Positions 49,469 to 59,465 of a DNA stretch of 64,000 bases are shown piece after piece. Made by a program: the position numbers and the translations under genes. Location of the stretch: positions 256,001 to 320,000 of the forward strand of contig OZ244034.1 of the NCBI GenBank assembly GCA_965215185.1, written 5' to 3'. The stretch is from Acidimicrobiia bacterium. GTDB lineage: Bacteria > Actinomycetota > Acidimicrobiia > Spongiisociales > ZC4RG35. Within the stretch, counting starts at the first letter, position 1, and each line of letters starts with the position of its first letter. The notes under the pieces are model-generated. The model saw only the letters and a program-made list of their open reading frames with translations, was not told the origin of the DNA and did not search any database.

Positions 49469-50251
49469 CTAAGCGCCCTTCCAGCGTGGAGGGCGCTTCT
49501 CGGCGAAGGCCTGGGGGCCCTCTACTGCATCGGAGGAGTCGAGGGCCGCTCGGTAGGACGCCACTTTACCGGTCCTGATGTGAGCCAGAGCTTCAGCCAC
49601 CCCCATATGGGTGGTGGCCCGGATCATGTCTAAGATCGCCTGCACGGCCAGCGGCGCGGCTTGGGAGATGCGTTCGGCCAGCTGGCGGGTGGTGTCCATT
49701 AGTTCGACGGAAGTCACGACCTTGTTCACTAGCCCCCATTGCTGGGCTTCCTCCACCCCCATGTGTCGTCCGGTCAAGAGCATTTCTTTGGCTACCAACG
49801 GTGGGATTTGTCTGGGTAAACGCACGGTGCCGATATCGGGGGGAAAGCCCAGGGAGGCCTCGGGAAGCAGGAACCGGGCATTGTCGGCGGCCACCACCAG
49901 ATCGGCGGCCAGCACCATCTCGAAACCTCCTCCGGCGGCTATTCCGTTGACCGCACAGATAACCGGCTTGTTCAGACCCTCCAATTCCGTGAATCCGCCG
50001 AACCCACCCACTCCCCAATCCGCTTCGTAGGACTCGCCCTCCGAAGCGGCGCTCAAGTCCCAGCCGGCGGAGAAAAACCGTTCCCCGGCGCCGGTCAGGA
50101 TGGCTACCCGGTAGGCGGGGTCGTCGCGGAAGGCTTCAAATACCTCACCCATCAAGCGGCTGGTTGCGGCGTCTATGGCGTTGGCCTTGGGACGGTCCAT
50201 CACCACCTCCAACACGGGAGGTGTTCTGGCTATTCGCAGACCTTTACCCAT
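49469..50251 (-). CDS. enoyl-CoA hydratase/isomerase, carnitinyl-CoA dehydratase (CaiD)-like
   Basis: DRPKANAIDA, FFSAGWDL, GGFGG, AVNG.AAGGGFE and EGPQAFAEKR. Confidence 0.88.
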   Translation of the reverse strand: MGKGLRIARTPPVLEVVMDRPKANAIDAATSRLMGEVFEAFRDDPAYRVAILTGAGERFFSAGWDLSAASEGESYEADWGVGGFGGFTELEGLNKPVICAVNGIAAGGGFEMVLAADLVVAADNARFLLPEASLGFPPDIGTVRLPRQIPPLVAKEMLLTGRHMGVEEAQQWGLVNKVVTSVELMDTTRQLAERISQAAPLAVQAILDMIRATTHMGVAEALAHIRTGKVASYRAALDSSDAVEGPQAFAEKRPPRWKGA

Positions 50252-50346
50252 AAGTGTTTCAGTGTAAGGAGGACTTCCAGGGCGTGCCTCTAACAGCCGG
50301 CGCCCTCCTGGTACTTGGCCGCCAGTAGTAATAGTTACCAGTCATG

Positions 50347-51624
50347 TCAATTGGCCCCTCGGGCCGCTTCGAGCCATTGATCTACGCTGTCTTGGTTGGC
50401 GGCTATCCAGTCGGCGACATGGTTGTGGACGTCTTCATCGGTGTTTTCCCCGAGGCTGTATTTCACGTTTTGTAGAGCCACATCGATGGGGCTGATCACC
50501 ACCAGTTCCAACAGTCGGGCGGCGCCTGGGTGGGCGGCGAGGAAGTCCTTGTTGGCGGTGACTCTGATGTCGGCTGTGTCCCACCCCAGGTTGCACGGGT
50601 CAGCTGAGCATTGGCCTGCCTCTAGCCTTGATGGGCCTTGCACCTGCATCGGTGATATGGACTCGTCCGAAGTGGACAGCCAGGTCGCGTTGTCGCCGGG
50701 TCGCAGGTCAGCCACATAGGAACTGGGACCCCATGTAAATACGATGTACGGGAGGCCGGCGGAGTCCTTGGATAGGGCTTCAGCAAACAGGGCGTCGTAG
50801 GAACCCGCCTCCACCTGTACGACGGTAGCCCAGCCGGCGTCCTCGATCATAGAGTTGATATTTAGGTGACATCCCCAACCTTCAGGACACCCCAACAATT
50901 GAAGGATGCCGTCCTTGGGGATGCTGTCGGTGGCGTCGTAAATGGCGAACAACGCAGGATCATTGACGATCTGATCAAGGGTCCTGATGCCGTACTCTTC
51001 CACCAGACTCTTGTTGGTGACCATCCCCTGCAAACCGCCGGCACGCATTTGCCAACCGAGGGTGGTGACGTGGTCGCTTACCAATGAACCGTCGGGCATC
51101 CCTGCGGCTAGGAACTGGTTGTGGTTGGGGAACCACGAGTTGACCCAGAAGTCGAACTCGCCGTTGGCCATCGCCACGAAGGCGTTGGACGGGGCCAGTT
51201 CCAGATCAGCAGGGTGGCTCGCCTCATAGCCGAGCTCGGCCAGCAACGCCGCATAAATAGCGGCCTGCATATAACCGGTCGACCAGTTCCCCCTGGCCAT
51301 CCTCACCGTTATACCCTTACCCGGAAGCATCATCTTGGCCCCCACATCAGTTGACCTTTCATCCTTTTCATCTACCGGGGTGTTTCCGGTGTCGGTTGGA
51401 GGGGCGGTCGTGGAAAGAGGGGCCGTTCCTCCGGCTGTGTCTTGTGGGTCATCTGTTGAGACTCCACATGCTGATAGAAGAGCGACTATTGCAACAACAA
51501 GCACACCATTGATCTGCGCTCGGCCTAGCCGCTTGTTTCCCGTCCCAATGATTGAAGAGTCGGAGTCTTGGGTTGCTTCCCGCGGTGTGGAGTGATGGCG
51601 GTTGAAAACCTGCGCCGCTCTCAT
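50347..51624 (-). CDS. glycine betaine-type ABC substrate-binding lipoprotein (ProX-like); start may be downstream
   Basis: LLSAC lipobox, NWSTG, GCPEGWGC and FTWGPS. Confidence 0.88.
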   Translation of the reverse strand: MRAAQVFNRHHSTPREATQDSDSSIIGTGNKRLGRAQINGVLVVAIVALLSACGVSTDDPQDTAGGTAPLSTTAPPTDTGNTPVDEKDERSTDVGAKMMLPGKGITVRMARGNWSTGYMQAAIYAALLAELGYEASHPADLELAPSNAFVAMANGEFDFWVNSWFPNHNQFLAAGMPDGSLVSDHVTTLGWQMRAGGLQGMVTNKSLVEEYGIRTLDQIVNDPALFAIYDATDSIPKDGILQLLGCPEGWGCHLNINSMIEDAGWATVVQVEAGSYDALFAEALSKDSAGLPYIVFTWGPSSYVADLRPGDNATWLSTSDESISPMQVQGPSRLEAGQCSADPCNLGWDTADIRVTANKDFLAAHPGAARLLELVVISPIDVALQNVKYSLGENTDEDVHNHVADWIAANQDSVDQWLEAARGAN

Positions 51625-51710
51625 GAGGGTCGGGTAATAGCTAGGAAGCGGCTCAACTCACTGTAAGAGATAGTCCGGCAGGTCGGACCCGCTTTCGCTT
51701 GGAGAAAACA

Positions 51711-51744
51711 AAGGGGGAGGGCGCCGGTTGGCGCCCTCCCCCTT
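51711..51744 (-). terminator. rho-independent terminator after the double-domain SBP
   Basis: 15-bp arms AAGGGGGAGGGCGCC / GGCGCCCTCCCCCTT, followed on the minus strand by TGTTTT. Confidence 0.85.
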
Positions 51745-51766
51745 CAGGGTTTAGCTGGATATTTAC

Positions 51767-53965
51767 TTAGGAGGCTAGACGGGAGGCGTGGAGCCAGGCG
51801 TCGACGGTGTCGCGGTTGTCCGCGATCCATTCAGCGGCGTGGCGGCGGACGTCTTCCTCGGTGTTCTCCCCGAGGCCGTAGGCCACGTTCTGGAGGGTCA
51901 CGTCTACGGGATTGACCGTTACCAACTCGAACAACCGAGCGGCGGCCGGGTTGGCAGCCAGGAAGTCGTTGTTCCCGGTGACGCGGATATCAGCCGCGTC
52001 CCAGCCCAGGTTGCAGTTTTCGGTGGTGCACTGGTCACCAAGTGACTTCGGACCTTCTATCTGGGTGTCCGAGATCGCTCCGTCGTGAATGGACAGCCAT
52101 ACCGAGTTGTCGCCCGGACGCAGATCCTTCACATAGTGACTGGGCGCCCATGTGTAGACGAGGTAAGGTTCCCCGGCTGCATCACGAGCGATGGCATCGG
52201 CGATCAAGGCGTCATAGCCGCCAATGTCGAACTGTTCGACGTTGGTCCAGCCGGCGTTCGCGATCCACGAGTCGATGTTGACCCGGCAACCCCATCCTTC
52301 CGGACAACCCATTATCTGAAGGACGCCGTCGCCTGGTGAGACGTCAGCGGCTTCATAGGCGGCGAACTGGGCGGGATCGGACAGCAGGGCGTCGAGGGTG
52401 GTCACTCCGTTCTCTTCGGCGAATGCCTTGTTGGTGATCAGGCCCTGTACACCCGACCGGGGCATTTCGTAACCCAAGGTGGTGACATGTTCACTGACCA
52501 ACGAACCGTCAGGCATCGGAGCGGCCAGGAACTGGTTGTGGTTGGGGAACCACGAGTTGACCCAGAAGTCGAACTCGCCGTTGGCCATCGCCACAAAGGC
52601 GTTGGACGGCGCCAACTCCAGATCAGCTGGGTCAGACACGTCATAGCCCAACTCGGCCAGCAACGCCGCATAAATAGCGGCCTGCATATAACCGGTCGAC
52701 CAGTTAGCCCGCGCCATCATGGTCGACACATCCTCACCCGGAGTCATGTTGATCGGCTGTTGGGCGGCGTGGAGCCAGGCGTCGATGGTGTCGCGGTTGT
52801 CTGCGATCCATTCAGCGGCGTGGCGGCGGACGTCTTCCTCGGTGTTCTCCCCGAGGCTGTAGGCCACGTTTTGGAGGGTCACGTCTACGGGATTGATCGT
52901 TACCAATTCGAACAACCGAGCGGCGGCCGGGTTGGCAGCCAGGAAGTCGTTGTTCCCGGTGACGCGGATATCAGCCGCGTCCCAGCCCAGGTTGCAGTTT
53001 TCGGTGGTGCACTGGTCACCAAGTGACTTGGGACCTTCTATCTGGGTGGGCGAGATCGCCTCGTCAGAGATGGAGAGCCATACCGAGTTGTCGCCCGGAC
53101 GGAGATCCTTCACGTAGTGGCTGGGCCCCCATGTGTAGACGAGGTAAGGTTCCCCGGCTGCATCACGAGCGATGGCATCGGCGATCAAGGCGTCATAGCC
53201 GCCAATGTCGAACTGCTCGACGTTGGTCCAGCCAGCGTTCTCGATCCACGAGTCGATGTTGACTCGGCAACCCCATCCTTCCGGACAACCCATTATTTGA
53301 AGGATGCCGTCGCCCGGCGAGACGTCAGCCGCTTCATACGCGGCGAACTGGGCGGGATCGGAGAGGAGAGCGTCGAGGGTGGTTACCCCGTTCGCTTCGG
53401 CGAAGGCCTTGTTGGTGATCAGTCCCTGTACACCGGACCGGCGCATCTCGTAACCCAAGGTGGTGACGTGTTCACTGACCAATGAACCATCGGGCATCGG
53501 AGCGGCCAGGAACTGGTTGTGGTTGGGGAACCAGGAGCTGACCCAGAAGTCGAACTCGCCGTTGGCCATCGCCACGAAGGCGTTGGATGGCGCCAGCTCC
53601 AGATCAGCTGGGTCAGACACGTCATAGCCAAACTCGGCCAGCAACGCCGCGTAAATAGCGGCCTGCATATAACTGGTCGACCAGTTAGCCCGCGCCATCG
53701 TCACCGACACACCCTCACCCGGGAGCGCCATGTCGTCCATGTCGTCCATGTCGTCGGTGTCGTCGGTGTCGTCGGTGTCGTCGGTGTCGTCCATGTCGTC
53801 GGTGTCGTCCATGGTGTCGTCGGCCGTGTCAGCCGGGGCGGTGGTCGCCGTGGGTTCCTCAGGCGCCACTGTTGCATCGTCCCCGTCGCCTCCGCATGCC
53901 GCCGCTAAAAGCGCCAGCACCGTAAGCAAGGCGATCAGATGCTTGAAGTGTGTTTTTTTCCTCAT
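51767..53965 (-). CDS. proX: glycine betaine-type SBP lipoprotein with two tandem ProX-like domains
   Basis: LAAAC lipobox, acidic linker, and two near-identical ~327-aa domains each with NWST, GCPEGWGC and YTW.PS. Confidence 0.9.
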   Translation of the reverse strand: MRKKTHFKHLIALLTVLALLAAACGGDGDDATVAPEEPTATTAPADTADDTMDDTDDMDDTDDTDDTDDTDDMDDMDDMALPGEGVSVTMARANWSTSYMQAAIYAALLAEFGYDVSDPADLELAPSNAFVAMANGEFDFWVSSWFPNHNQFLAAPMPDGSLVSEHVTTLGYEMRRSGVQGLITNKAFAEANGVTTLDALLSDPAQFAAYEAADVSPGDGILQIMGCPEGWGCRVNIDSWIENAGWTNVEQFDIGGYDALIADAIARDAAGEPYLVYTWGPSHYVKDLRPGDNSVWLSISDEAISPTQIEGPKSLGDQCTTENCNLGWDAADIRVTGNNDFLAANPAAARLFELVTINPVDVTLQNVAYSLGENTEEDVRRHAAEWIADNRDTIDAWLHAAQQPINMTPGEDVSTMMARANWSTGYMQAAIYAALLAELGYDVSDPADLELAPSNAFVAMANGEFDFWVNSWFPNHNQFLAAPMPDGSLVSEHVTTLGYEMPRSGVQGLITNKAFAEENGVTTLDALLSDPAQFAAYEAADVSPGDGVLQIMGCPEGWGCRVNIDSWIANAGWTNVEQFDIGGYDALIADAIARDAAGEPYLVYTWAPSHYVKDLRPGDNSVWLSIHDGAISDTQIEGPKSLGDQCTTENCNLGWDAADIRVTGNNDFLAANPAAARLFELVTVNPVDVTLQNVAYGLGENTEEDVRRHAAEWIADNRDTVDAWLHASRLAS
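51785..53720. repeat. intragenic tandem duplication, period 981 bp
   Basis: For example GGCGTGGAGCCAGGCGTCGA at 51785 and 52766; matching shadow ORFs are offset by 981. Confidence 0.9.
53728..53823 (-). repeat. 9-bp minisatellite encoding a (DDT/DDM)n linker
   Basis: About ten TGTCGTCCA / TGTCGTCGG units. Confidence 0.9.
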
Positions 53966-54069
53966 TCAGTTCTCCTTATTCCGTCGTTTTTCCTCGGTGT
54001 TCCTTAGTGTCTTGGAGAGTTCCCCTGACTATCCGTCCACCTCATAGCAATCAAGTCACTTTCTTTGGT

Positions 54070-56214
54070 CTATCTTCCTTTCGCTTCCACTTGGTCTATC
54101 AGCCCTGCGTCTCCGGCATAGATCTTGGTCCGTCGAAACTCTTTCACCACACCCCGCGAGGAGATGAGCAGGAAGAACCCTGCCAACAGGCACAGGAACG
54201 AACCGGGTCCGCTGACGAAATTGGGATCGGAAGATCGGACCAGCGCGGCGATCCAGCCAGCCGCGGCCAAAATCACTCCCACCCCCAACGCTGAGGAGGC
54301 TACACTCCACATCCAACGCCGCCGCTCGCCGCCGCCGAAAAGGCCAGCGGCCGGAAGGCTGAAGATGACGCCCACCAATCCCAACAAAAGGGTCAGGAGC
54401 CCCAGGCCGGGCCCCGCATCGGAGAAGCCGTCCGTGGCAACGGGATTCTTACGTTGCGCCTCGGCGACCAGGGTCGCAATGGTGATGGCATTCTGCCCAG
54501 CTATGGTCGTGTCTTGTCGGGCCTCCTGGTCCAATTGGTCAATCCTGGCCTGCAGTTCGGGGGTGATCACCGACTCTGTCCGGGCGTCCACAAACCACGG
54601 CGAAAGACCTGCAACCACCAGCACGCCCACGATGAACACGGAAATGACGATGCGGCTGATTGAGACGTTGATCTTCAGGGGACGAAGGGGGCTGTAGGGA
54701 GCGTTTCGTATCCATATCACCGCGCCAACGACGGTGATAACCCCGGCTGCCAATGCCACCCACACCCCGACCCCGTCCTGGTGGGAAATGGCCTCAAGGG
54801 GGGATCCGATCCACCGGTAGGCAACTGCGGAGATCAGCCCGCCCACGGCGAACAACAGGGCTCCATCGGCGCCGAACCACCGCGCGATCCGGCCAGGTCT
54901 CATCAGGGTGGTGAGGGCTGAGCCCAGCACCATGAGACTCATTCCCAGCACGGCGATGCCCAGAAAAGTGCCCCCTTCGGCGGCCAGCCCGTTGGCGCTC
55001 AAGCCTGCCAGGTCCAAGTCAGAGGCGCGTCCGTAACCTGAAATCAGTCCCGAATCCAGACTCCACGGCAGAAACACCGAGACGATCCCTAGGACCGCGC
55101 CGGCCAAGGCTATCAACACCCCGGTCCGCTCGGCGGCGCCCACCGGGGCGGGTCTTCCTTCAGAATCGGTGTCTGGTGCGGCAATATCGGTGTCTGCCTC
55201 GGCGTGGTCGTCTTCTTTTGCCAGCAGCGCCTGGGGATCGCTGCGGTGCGCCCATGCCCGATAGATGCGAGTGAACAGGTTGGCGCCCTCATCGGCTTCG
55301 GTCTGGGAGATACGATCCAGCACCACGGCCACAATGAACAAGGCCAGCCCCGCCGAGGCCGACAACGGGGTGTCGATATTCACTACCGCCCGGAACACCA
55401 GGAGGCCCAGCCCGGAAGCGCCCATGATGGCGGCGATGCCGATCATCGAAATGGATAGGAGAAGGGTCTGGTTGAGGCCGGTCATTATGGCGGCACGGGC
55501 CAGCGGTAGTTGTACGTCGAGCAGCACTCTCCACTCTGAAGCTCCATAGGCGCGGCTAGCCTCCACCACGTCAGCGGGGACTTGGCGGATGCCCAGGTTG
55601 GTGAGGCGTATCAGCGGCGGTATAGAGAACACCATGGTTACCATGGTTGCCGGCTCCGGTCCCAAGCCGAAAAAGAAGATGACGGGGATGATGTAGACGA
55701 AGGCGTGTACCACCTGCATGGCGTCGAGCGCTGGTCGCACCGCGTTCCACACCCCGTCGAAACGCCCGCACAGCACGCCCAGGGGGATGCCAACGATGGC
55801 GCAGATCACCACCGCCACCACGATCAGCCCGATGGTGATGGAGGTCTCCTCCCAGAAAGCGTTGCCCAGCAGTCCGCATACGGCCAGCAGCAGGGCCAGA
55901 CCCACCCCCACCTTGAAGGTGCGGGTGATGGTTGCCACCACCAGCACTCCGGCGCACACCAGCACCCACGGCATGTCGGTGATTTCCCACCACGGGTGGT
56001 ATTCGTGGCTGACCACGAAGTTGCGGAACAGGAATGTAAACGGCCATTCTATGACATCGAGCAGGGTTTCCAGGTTGGCGACTATCCACGACACCATCTC
56101 ATCGATCCAAGACCCGAAAGGGATCTCCCATGAGTCGAGGAACGCGTTGTCCCAAAAACGCAGGGGAGCCTCTGTCTCCGAGGTCTGGGCGAGGAAGGAT
56201 CCCTGGGCGCTCAC
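54070..56214 (-). CDS. proW: glycine betaine/proline ABC permease (ProW-like) with a long membrane C-terminal extension
   Basis: GIPLG, LDAMQ, PPLIRLTNLGIRQV, EASRAYGAS and VLDRISQ, followed by about 400 extra residues. Confidence 0.88.
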   Translation of the reverse strand: MSAQGSFLAQTSETEAPLRFWDNAFLDSWEIPFGSWIDEMVSWIVANLETLLDVIEWPFTFLFRNFVVSHEYHPWWEITDMPWVLVCAGVLVVATITRTFKVGVGLALLLAVCGLLGNAFWEETSITIGLIVVAVVICAIVGIPLGVLCGRFDGVWNAVRPALDAMQVVHAFVYIIPVIFFFGLGPEPATMVTMVFSIPPLIRLTNLGIRQVPADVVEASRAYGASEWRVLLDVQLPLARAAIMTGLNQTLLLSISMIGIAAIMGASGLGLLVFRAVVNIDTPLSASAGLALFIVAVVLDRISQTEADEGANLFTRIYRAWAHRSDPQALLAKEDDHAEADTDIAAPDTDSEGRPAPVGAAERTGVLIALAGAVLGIVSVFLPWSLDSGLISGYGRASDLDLAGLSANGLAAEGGTFLGIAVLGMSLMVLGSALTTLMRPGRIARWFGADGALLFAVGGLISAVAYRWIGSPLEAISHQDGVGVWVALAAGVITVVGAVIWIRNAPYSPLRPLKINVSISRIVISVFIVGVLVVAGLSPWFVDARTESVITPELQARIDQLDQEARQDTTIAGQNAITIATLVAEAQRKNPVATDGFSDAGPGLGLLTLLLGLVGVIFSLPAAGLFGGGERRRWMWSVASSALGVGVILAAAGWIAALVRSSDPNFVSGPGSFLCLLAGFFLLISSRGVVKEFRRTKIYAGDAGLIDQVEAKGR

Positions 56215-57434
56215 ATGAACACCTCGCGCTCGTAGTTGTCGATGAGCTGTTCGACTCTACCCATCTCCTCCATTATTCTTCGGGGGTCGAGGTTGCCAAT
56301 CAGCCTGCCCTTGGTATCAACCACCGCCATGGGCAAGCCGCGGCCCGCCGCCGCGTAAGCATCGTTCAGGTGAGTTTCCGACGCAACGGTATCGAAGTCT
56401 TGGCGCAGCGCCGGGTTCAGCTCGGTCGTCCCCATGCCGGCGGCTCTCAGTCCGTCTCCAATGGTCAGAAGGTGGGTGGGCCGTCCTTTATCGTCCACCG
56501 CAAAGGCCCCGGCGTGTTCATCTATGTGGGTGATGGCTGCAGGCAGAGACATGCTTAGGTTGATGGCGTTAGGAGGGTCCATTACCTCGTCGACTTTGAT
56601 CACTCTGCCCTGATCGACATCCTGGACAAACTCGGCGACGTAGCCGGTGGCTGGCTTGGTGAGTATCTCATCCGGGGTTCCTATCTGAACCACTGCGCCG
56701 TCTTTCATGATGCACACTCGGTCACCGATGCGCAATGCCTCGTTCAGGTCGTGGGTGATGAACAGGATCGTCTTGCGAAGCTCGTTTTGGATCTCCATCA
56801 TCTCATCCTGCATCTGGCGCCGAATAAGGGGATCCAGGGCGGAGAAGGCTTCGTCCATCAGCAGGATGTCGGGATCGGAGGCCAGGGCCCGGGCTAATCC
56901 CACCCGCTGCTGCATCCCGCCGGACAGTTCCCTGGGGTAGTAGTTTGCGTAAGCCTTCAGCCCTACCAGGGATAGGGCCCTCATTGCGGCGGCATCTCTC
57001 TCCGTTCGAGGAGTTTTCTGTATCTTGAGCCCGTACCCGACATTTTCGATGACGCTCCGGTGGGGGAACAGGGCAAAGTGTTGAAACACCATGCCCATCT
57101 TCTCCCGCCTGAAGGTTTGTAGCTCTCTACCGTCGAGGCTCTGCACGTCTGTTCCGGCTACCCAAACGTGCCCGGAGGTGGCTGTGAAGAGCTTGTTCAC
57201 GGTACGCAGGGCGGTGGACTTACCGGACCCGGACAGGCCCATCACCACGAAAATCTCGCCTTGCTGAACAGAGAAATTCACATTGTTGAGACCGACAACA
57301 TGACCGGAGTGACGCAATACCTCTTCCTTGGTGAGGCCTGACTTGGTCAGTTCGAATGCTCTTCCAGTGGGCTGGGGCCCGAATATCTTGTATACGTTCT
57401 CCAGGCGGATCAGCCCGTCAGATGTGGCGGTCAT
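56211..57434 (-). CDS. proV: glycine betaine/proline ABC ATPase (ProV/OpuAA-like, CBS domains)
   Basis: VMGLSGSGKST, LSGGMQQRVGLARAL and MDEAFSALDPLIR. Confidence 0.93.
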   Translation of the reverse strand: MTATSDGLIRLENVYKIFGPQPTGRAFELTKSGLTKEEVLRHSGHVVGLNNVNFSVQQGEIFVVMGLSGSGKSTALRTVNKLFTATSGHVWVAGTDVQSLDGRELQTFRREKMGMVFQHFALFPHRSVIENVGYGLKIQKTPRTERDAAAMRALSLVGLKAYANYYPRELSGGMQQRVGLARALASDPDILLMDEAFSALDPLIRRQMQDEMMEIQNELRKTILFITHDLNEALRIGDRVCIMKDGAVVQIGTPDEILTKPATGYVAEFVQDVDQGRVIKVDEVMDPPNAINLSMSLPAAITHIDEHAGAFAVDDKGRPTHLLTIGDGLRAAGMGTTELNPALRQDFDTVASETHLNDAYAAAGRGLPMAVVDTKGRLIGNLDPRRIMEEMGRVEQLIDNYEREVFM

Positions 57435-57608
57435 GTGACTCCTTCCGGTCCACTATCGATTAGCAAAGCACGAACCGTGCGGCCTGAGGTGCAGACCCTT
57501 ACCGCTGACTAGATTTGTCACAAGGCTGCCTACTTCACAGATCTCCCTGACGTGCAAGTCAAATAAGCCGTCAACGAAGGGACTGGAGATATTCATACTT
57601 GTCTTAAA

Positions 57609-57625
57609 GTTAACAGATTGTCAAC
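57609..57625. promoter_or_regulatory. putative operator GTTnACA-N3-TGTnAAC, copy 1
   Basis: GTTAACAGATTGTCAAC in the AT-rich region upstream of proV. Confidence 0.5.
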
Positions 57626-57728
57626 TATAGAGTTCTGAAAAGACGGAACTAAATAGTTCCACCTGGTGGAAATCAACGAAGGCGCCCGGTTCAGACCACT
57701 GGCCCCTGTGTTGTGGTCGTTGCCTAGG

Positions 57729-58706
57729 TCATGCTCTGCGGGCTTTGAGTTCGGAAATCACCGCCGCCAGAACCTCGTGAAGGTCCCCGATCACGGCGTA
57801 ATCTGCCTTGGTAACCAGGGGGGCCTCGGGGTCGGTGTTAATGGCCAGGATCTGCTTTGACGCCATGCAGCCCACCCAATGCTGGACGGCGCCGGAGATG
57901 CCGCAGGCAATGTAGAGATCAGGAGCGATCCGGGTGCCGGTTTGCCCGACTTGGTCCGAATGGGGCCTCCATCCGTTGTTGGTGGCGACGCGAGAGCATC
58001 CCACCACTCCTCCCAACAGGTCGGCCAACTCTTCGAGGATGGCGAAGTTTTCGGCGCTGCCCACGCCTCTTCCCCCGCTGACAACCACCGGGGCGGTGGC
58101 CAGGGTGATGCCCTCCGCCAGTTGGACCCGTTCCACCACCCGGGTGCGGGCGAGGTAGTCGGGGAGGTCGGGAACAAAGGTATTGGCCATCACCGGAGCG
58201 CCGAGCGCAGATTCCGGGGGTGAAAAGGCATGGGGTGCGATGGTCAGCAGTTTCCGAGATGAACAAAGCCGGGCTTTCTCCAAGAGACTCCCTCCCCATC
58301 TCACCCGGATCATTTGCCAGTCATCGCCCGGTTCTTGCGAGACCTGCACTATCTCGGCTACGTTGGCCATTAGGGGCTCGTCCAGCACCGCCGCGGTGTG
58401 AGCCATGACCTCGGCTCCACGATCGTCGCCCACTGACATCAGCACCGAGGCGCCGGTGCTGTTCACCAATTGCGCCAGTGCCTCGCCATAGGCTTCCGGC
58501 GCGTAGTCGGACAATATGGGATGGGAAACCACATATCCGGGCAGGCCCACCGATTCCAAAGCCGCTTGGCCGTCCTCGCCGATGGTCGCCACTTCCAAGA
58601 CGGCGCCCAGTGTCTCGGCCAGAGAAAGGGCCGGAGCGAGGACTTCGGGTCCGGAAACGGAGAACGATCCACGATCGTTGTCCAAGAACACCAGTATTCG
58701 GCTCAT
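57729..58706 (-). CDS. etfA: electron transfer flavoprotein alpha subunit
   Basis: VVSGGRGVG, QVGQTG, YIACGISGAVQH and AINTDPEAP. Confidence 0.95.
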   Translation of the reverse strand: MSRILVFLDNDRGSFSVSGPEVLAPALSLAETLGAVLEVATIGEDGQAALESVGLPGYVVSHPILSDYAPEAYGEALAQLVNSTGASVLMSVGDDRGAEVMAHTAAVLDEPLMANVAEIVQVSQEPGDDWQMIRVRWGGSLLEKARLCSSRKLLTIAPHAFSPPESALGAPVMANTFVPDLPDYLARTRVVERVQLAEGITLATAPVVVSGGRGVGSAENFAILEELADLLGGVVGCSRVATNNGWRPHSDQVGQTGTRIAPDLYIACGISGAVQHWVGCMASKQILAINTDPEAPLVTKADYAVIGDLHEVLAAVISELKARRA

Positions 58707-59464
58707 ATCAGGCCCACTTCCTCCAGAAGCCGCACCACTTGGGGAGCAGCCTCGGTGCCATGGCCGAGAATCACTGTCTCCGTGACTTCCTCCGCCGGTT
58801 TCAGCAGGTGAACGATCTTCTGGCCTCCGGGTGTGATGTCGGCCGGAACATTCTCTATTTGCGCTCTCCTGGACTTGAGACGGCCGGGAAGGGTGGGATA
58901 GCGAGGCAGGGTGATGCCTTCCTTGGCCGCGGCCAAGGCCGGTAGGGGAAGGCGGTAGACCTCGAAGCCCCCGTCGGTTTCTCTGCGACCCACCATTTGC
59001 CCACCATCGATCTCTATTCCCTTCAGACCGCTGATAATGGGACGACCCAAAGCCCGCGCCACTCTGATTCCCACCTGATACCCACCGGAGTCGGCAGACT
59101 CATTGCCAAACAGGATCAGATCAAAGGGGGATTGGTTCTCAAGTGCCCTTATCGCTTCCACCAGGGCGGAAGCGGTGGCCTGTGGGTCCAATTCGGTGGT
59201 GTCGGCCGGTACCAATACCGCCTGATCGGCCCCGACCGAGATGGAGTAGCGCAGTTGTTCCACCGCCTCGGGCGGTCCCAGGGTGAGCACGGTGGTTGTT
59301 CCGCCGTGCTTTTCCTTCAACTGGACGGCGGCTTCCACTGCGCACTCCTCGTGAGGACTGGTGGTGAACCCGAGGTGTCGAGCGTCTATGGTCATCCCGT
59401 CGTCGGTGAGGACGATCCGGGCGCCGGGGGCGGGCACCCGTTTAACACACACCAGGATGTTCAT
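58703..59464 (-). CDS. etfB: electron transfer flavoprotein beta subunit
   Basis: ILVCVKRVP, AVEAA, GNESAD..GYQVG and PRYPTL. Confidence 0.95.
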   Translation of the reverse strand: MNILVCVKRVPAPGARIVLTDDGMTIDARHLGFTTSPHEECAVEAAVQLKEKHGGTTTVLTLGPPEAVEQLRYSISVGADQAVLVPADTTELDPQATASALVEAIRALENQSPFDLILFGNESADSGGYQVGIRVARALGRPIISGLKGIEIDGGQMVGRRETDGGFEVYRLPLPALAAAKEGITLPRYPTLPGRLKSRRAQIENVPADITPGGQKIVHLLKPAEEVTETVILGHGTEAAPQVVRLLEEVGLI

Positions 59465-59465
59465 C

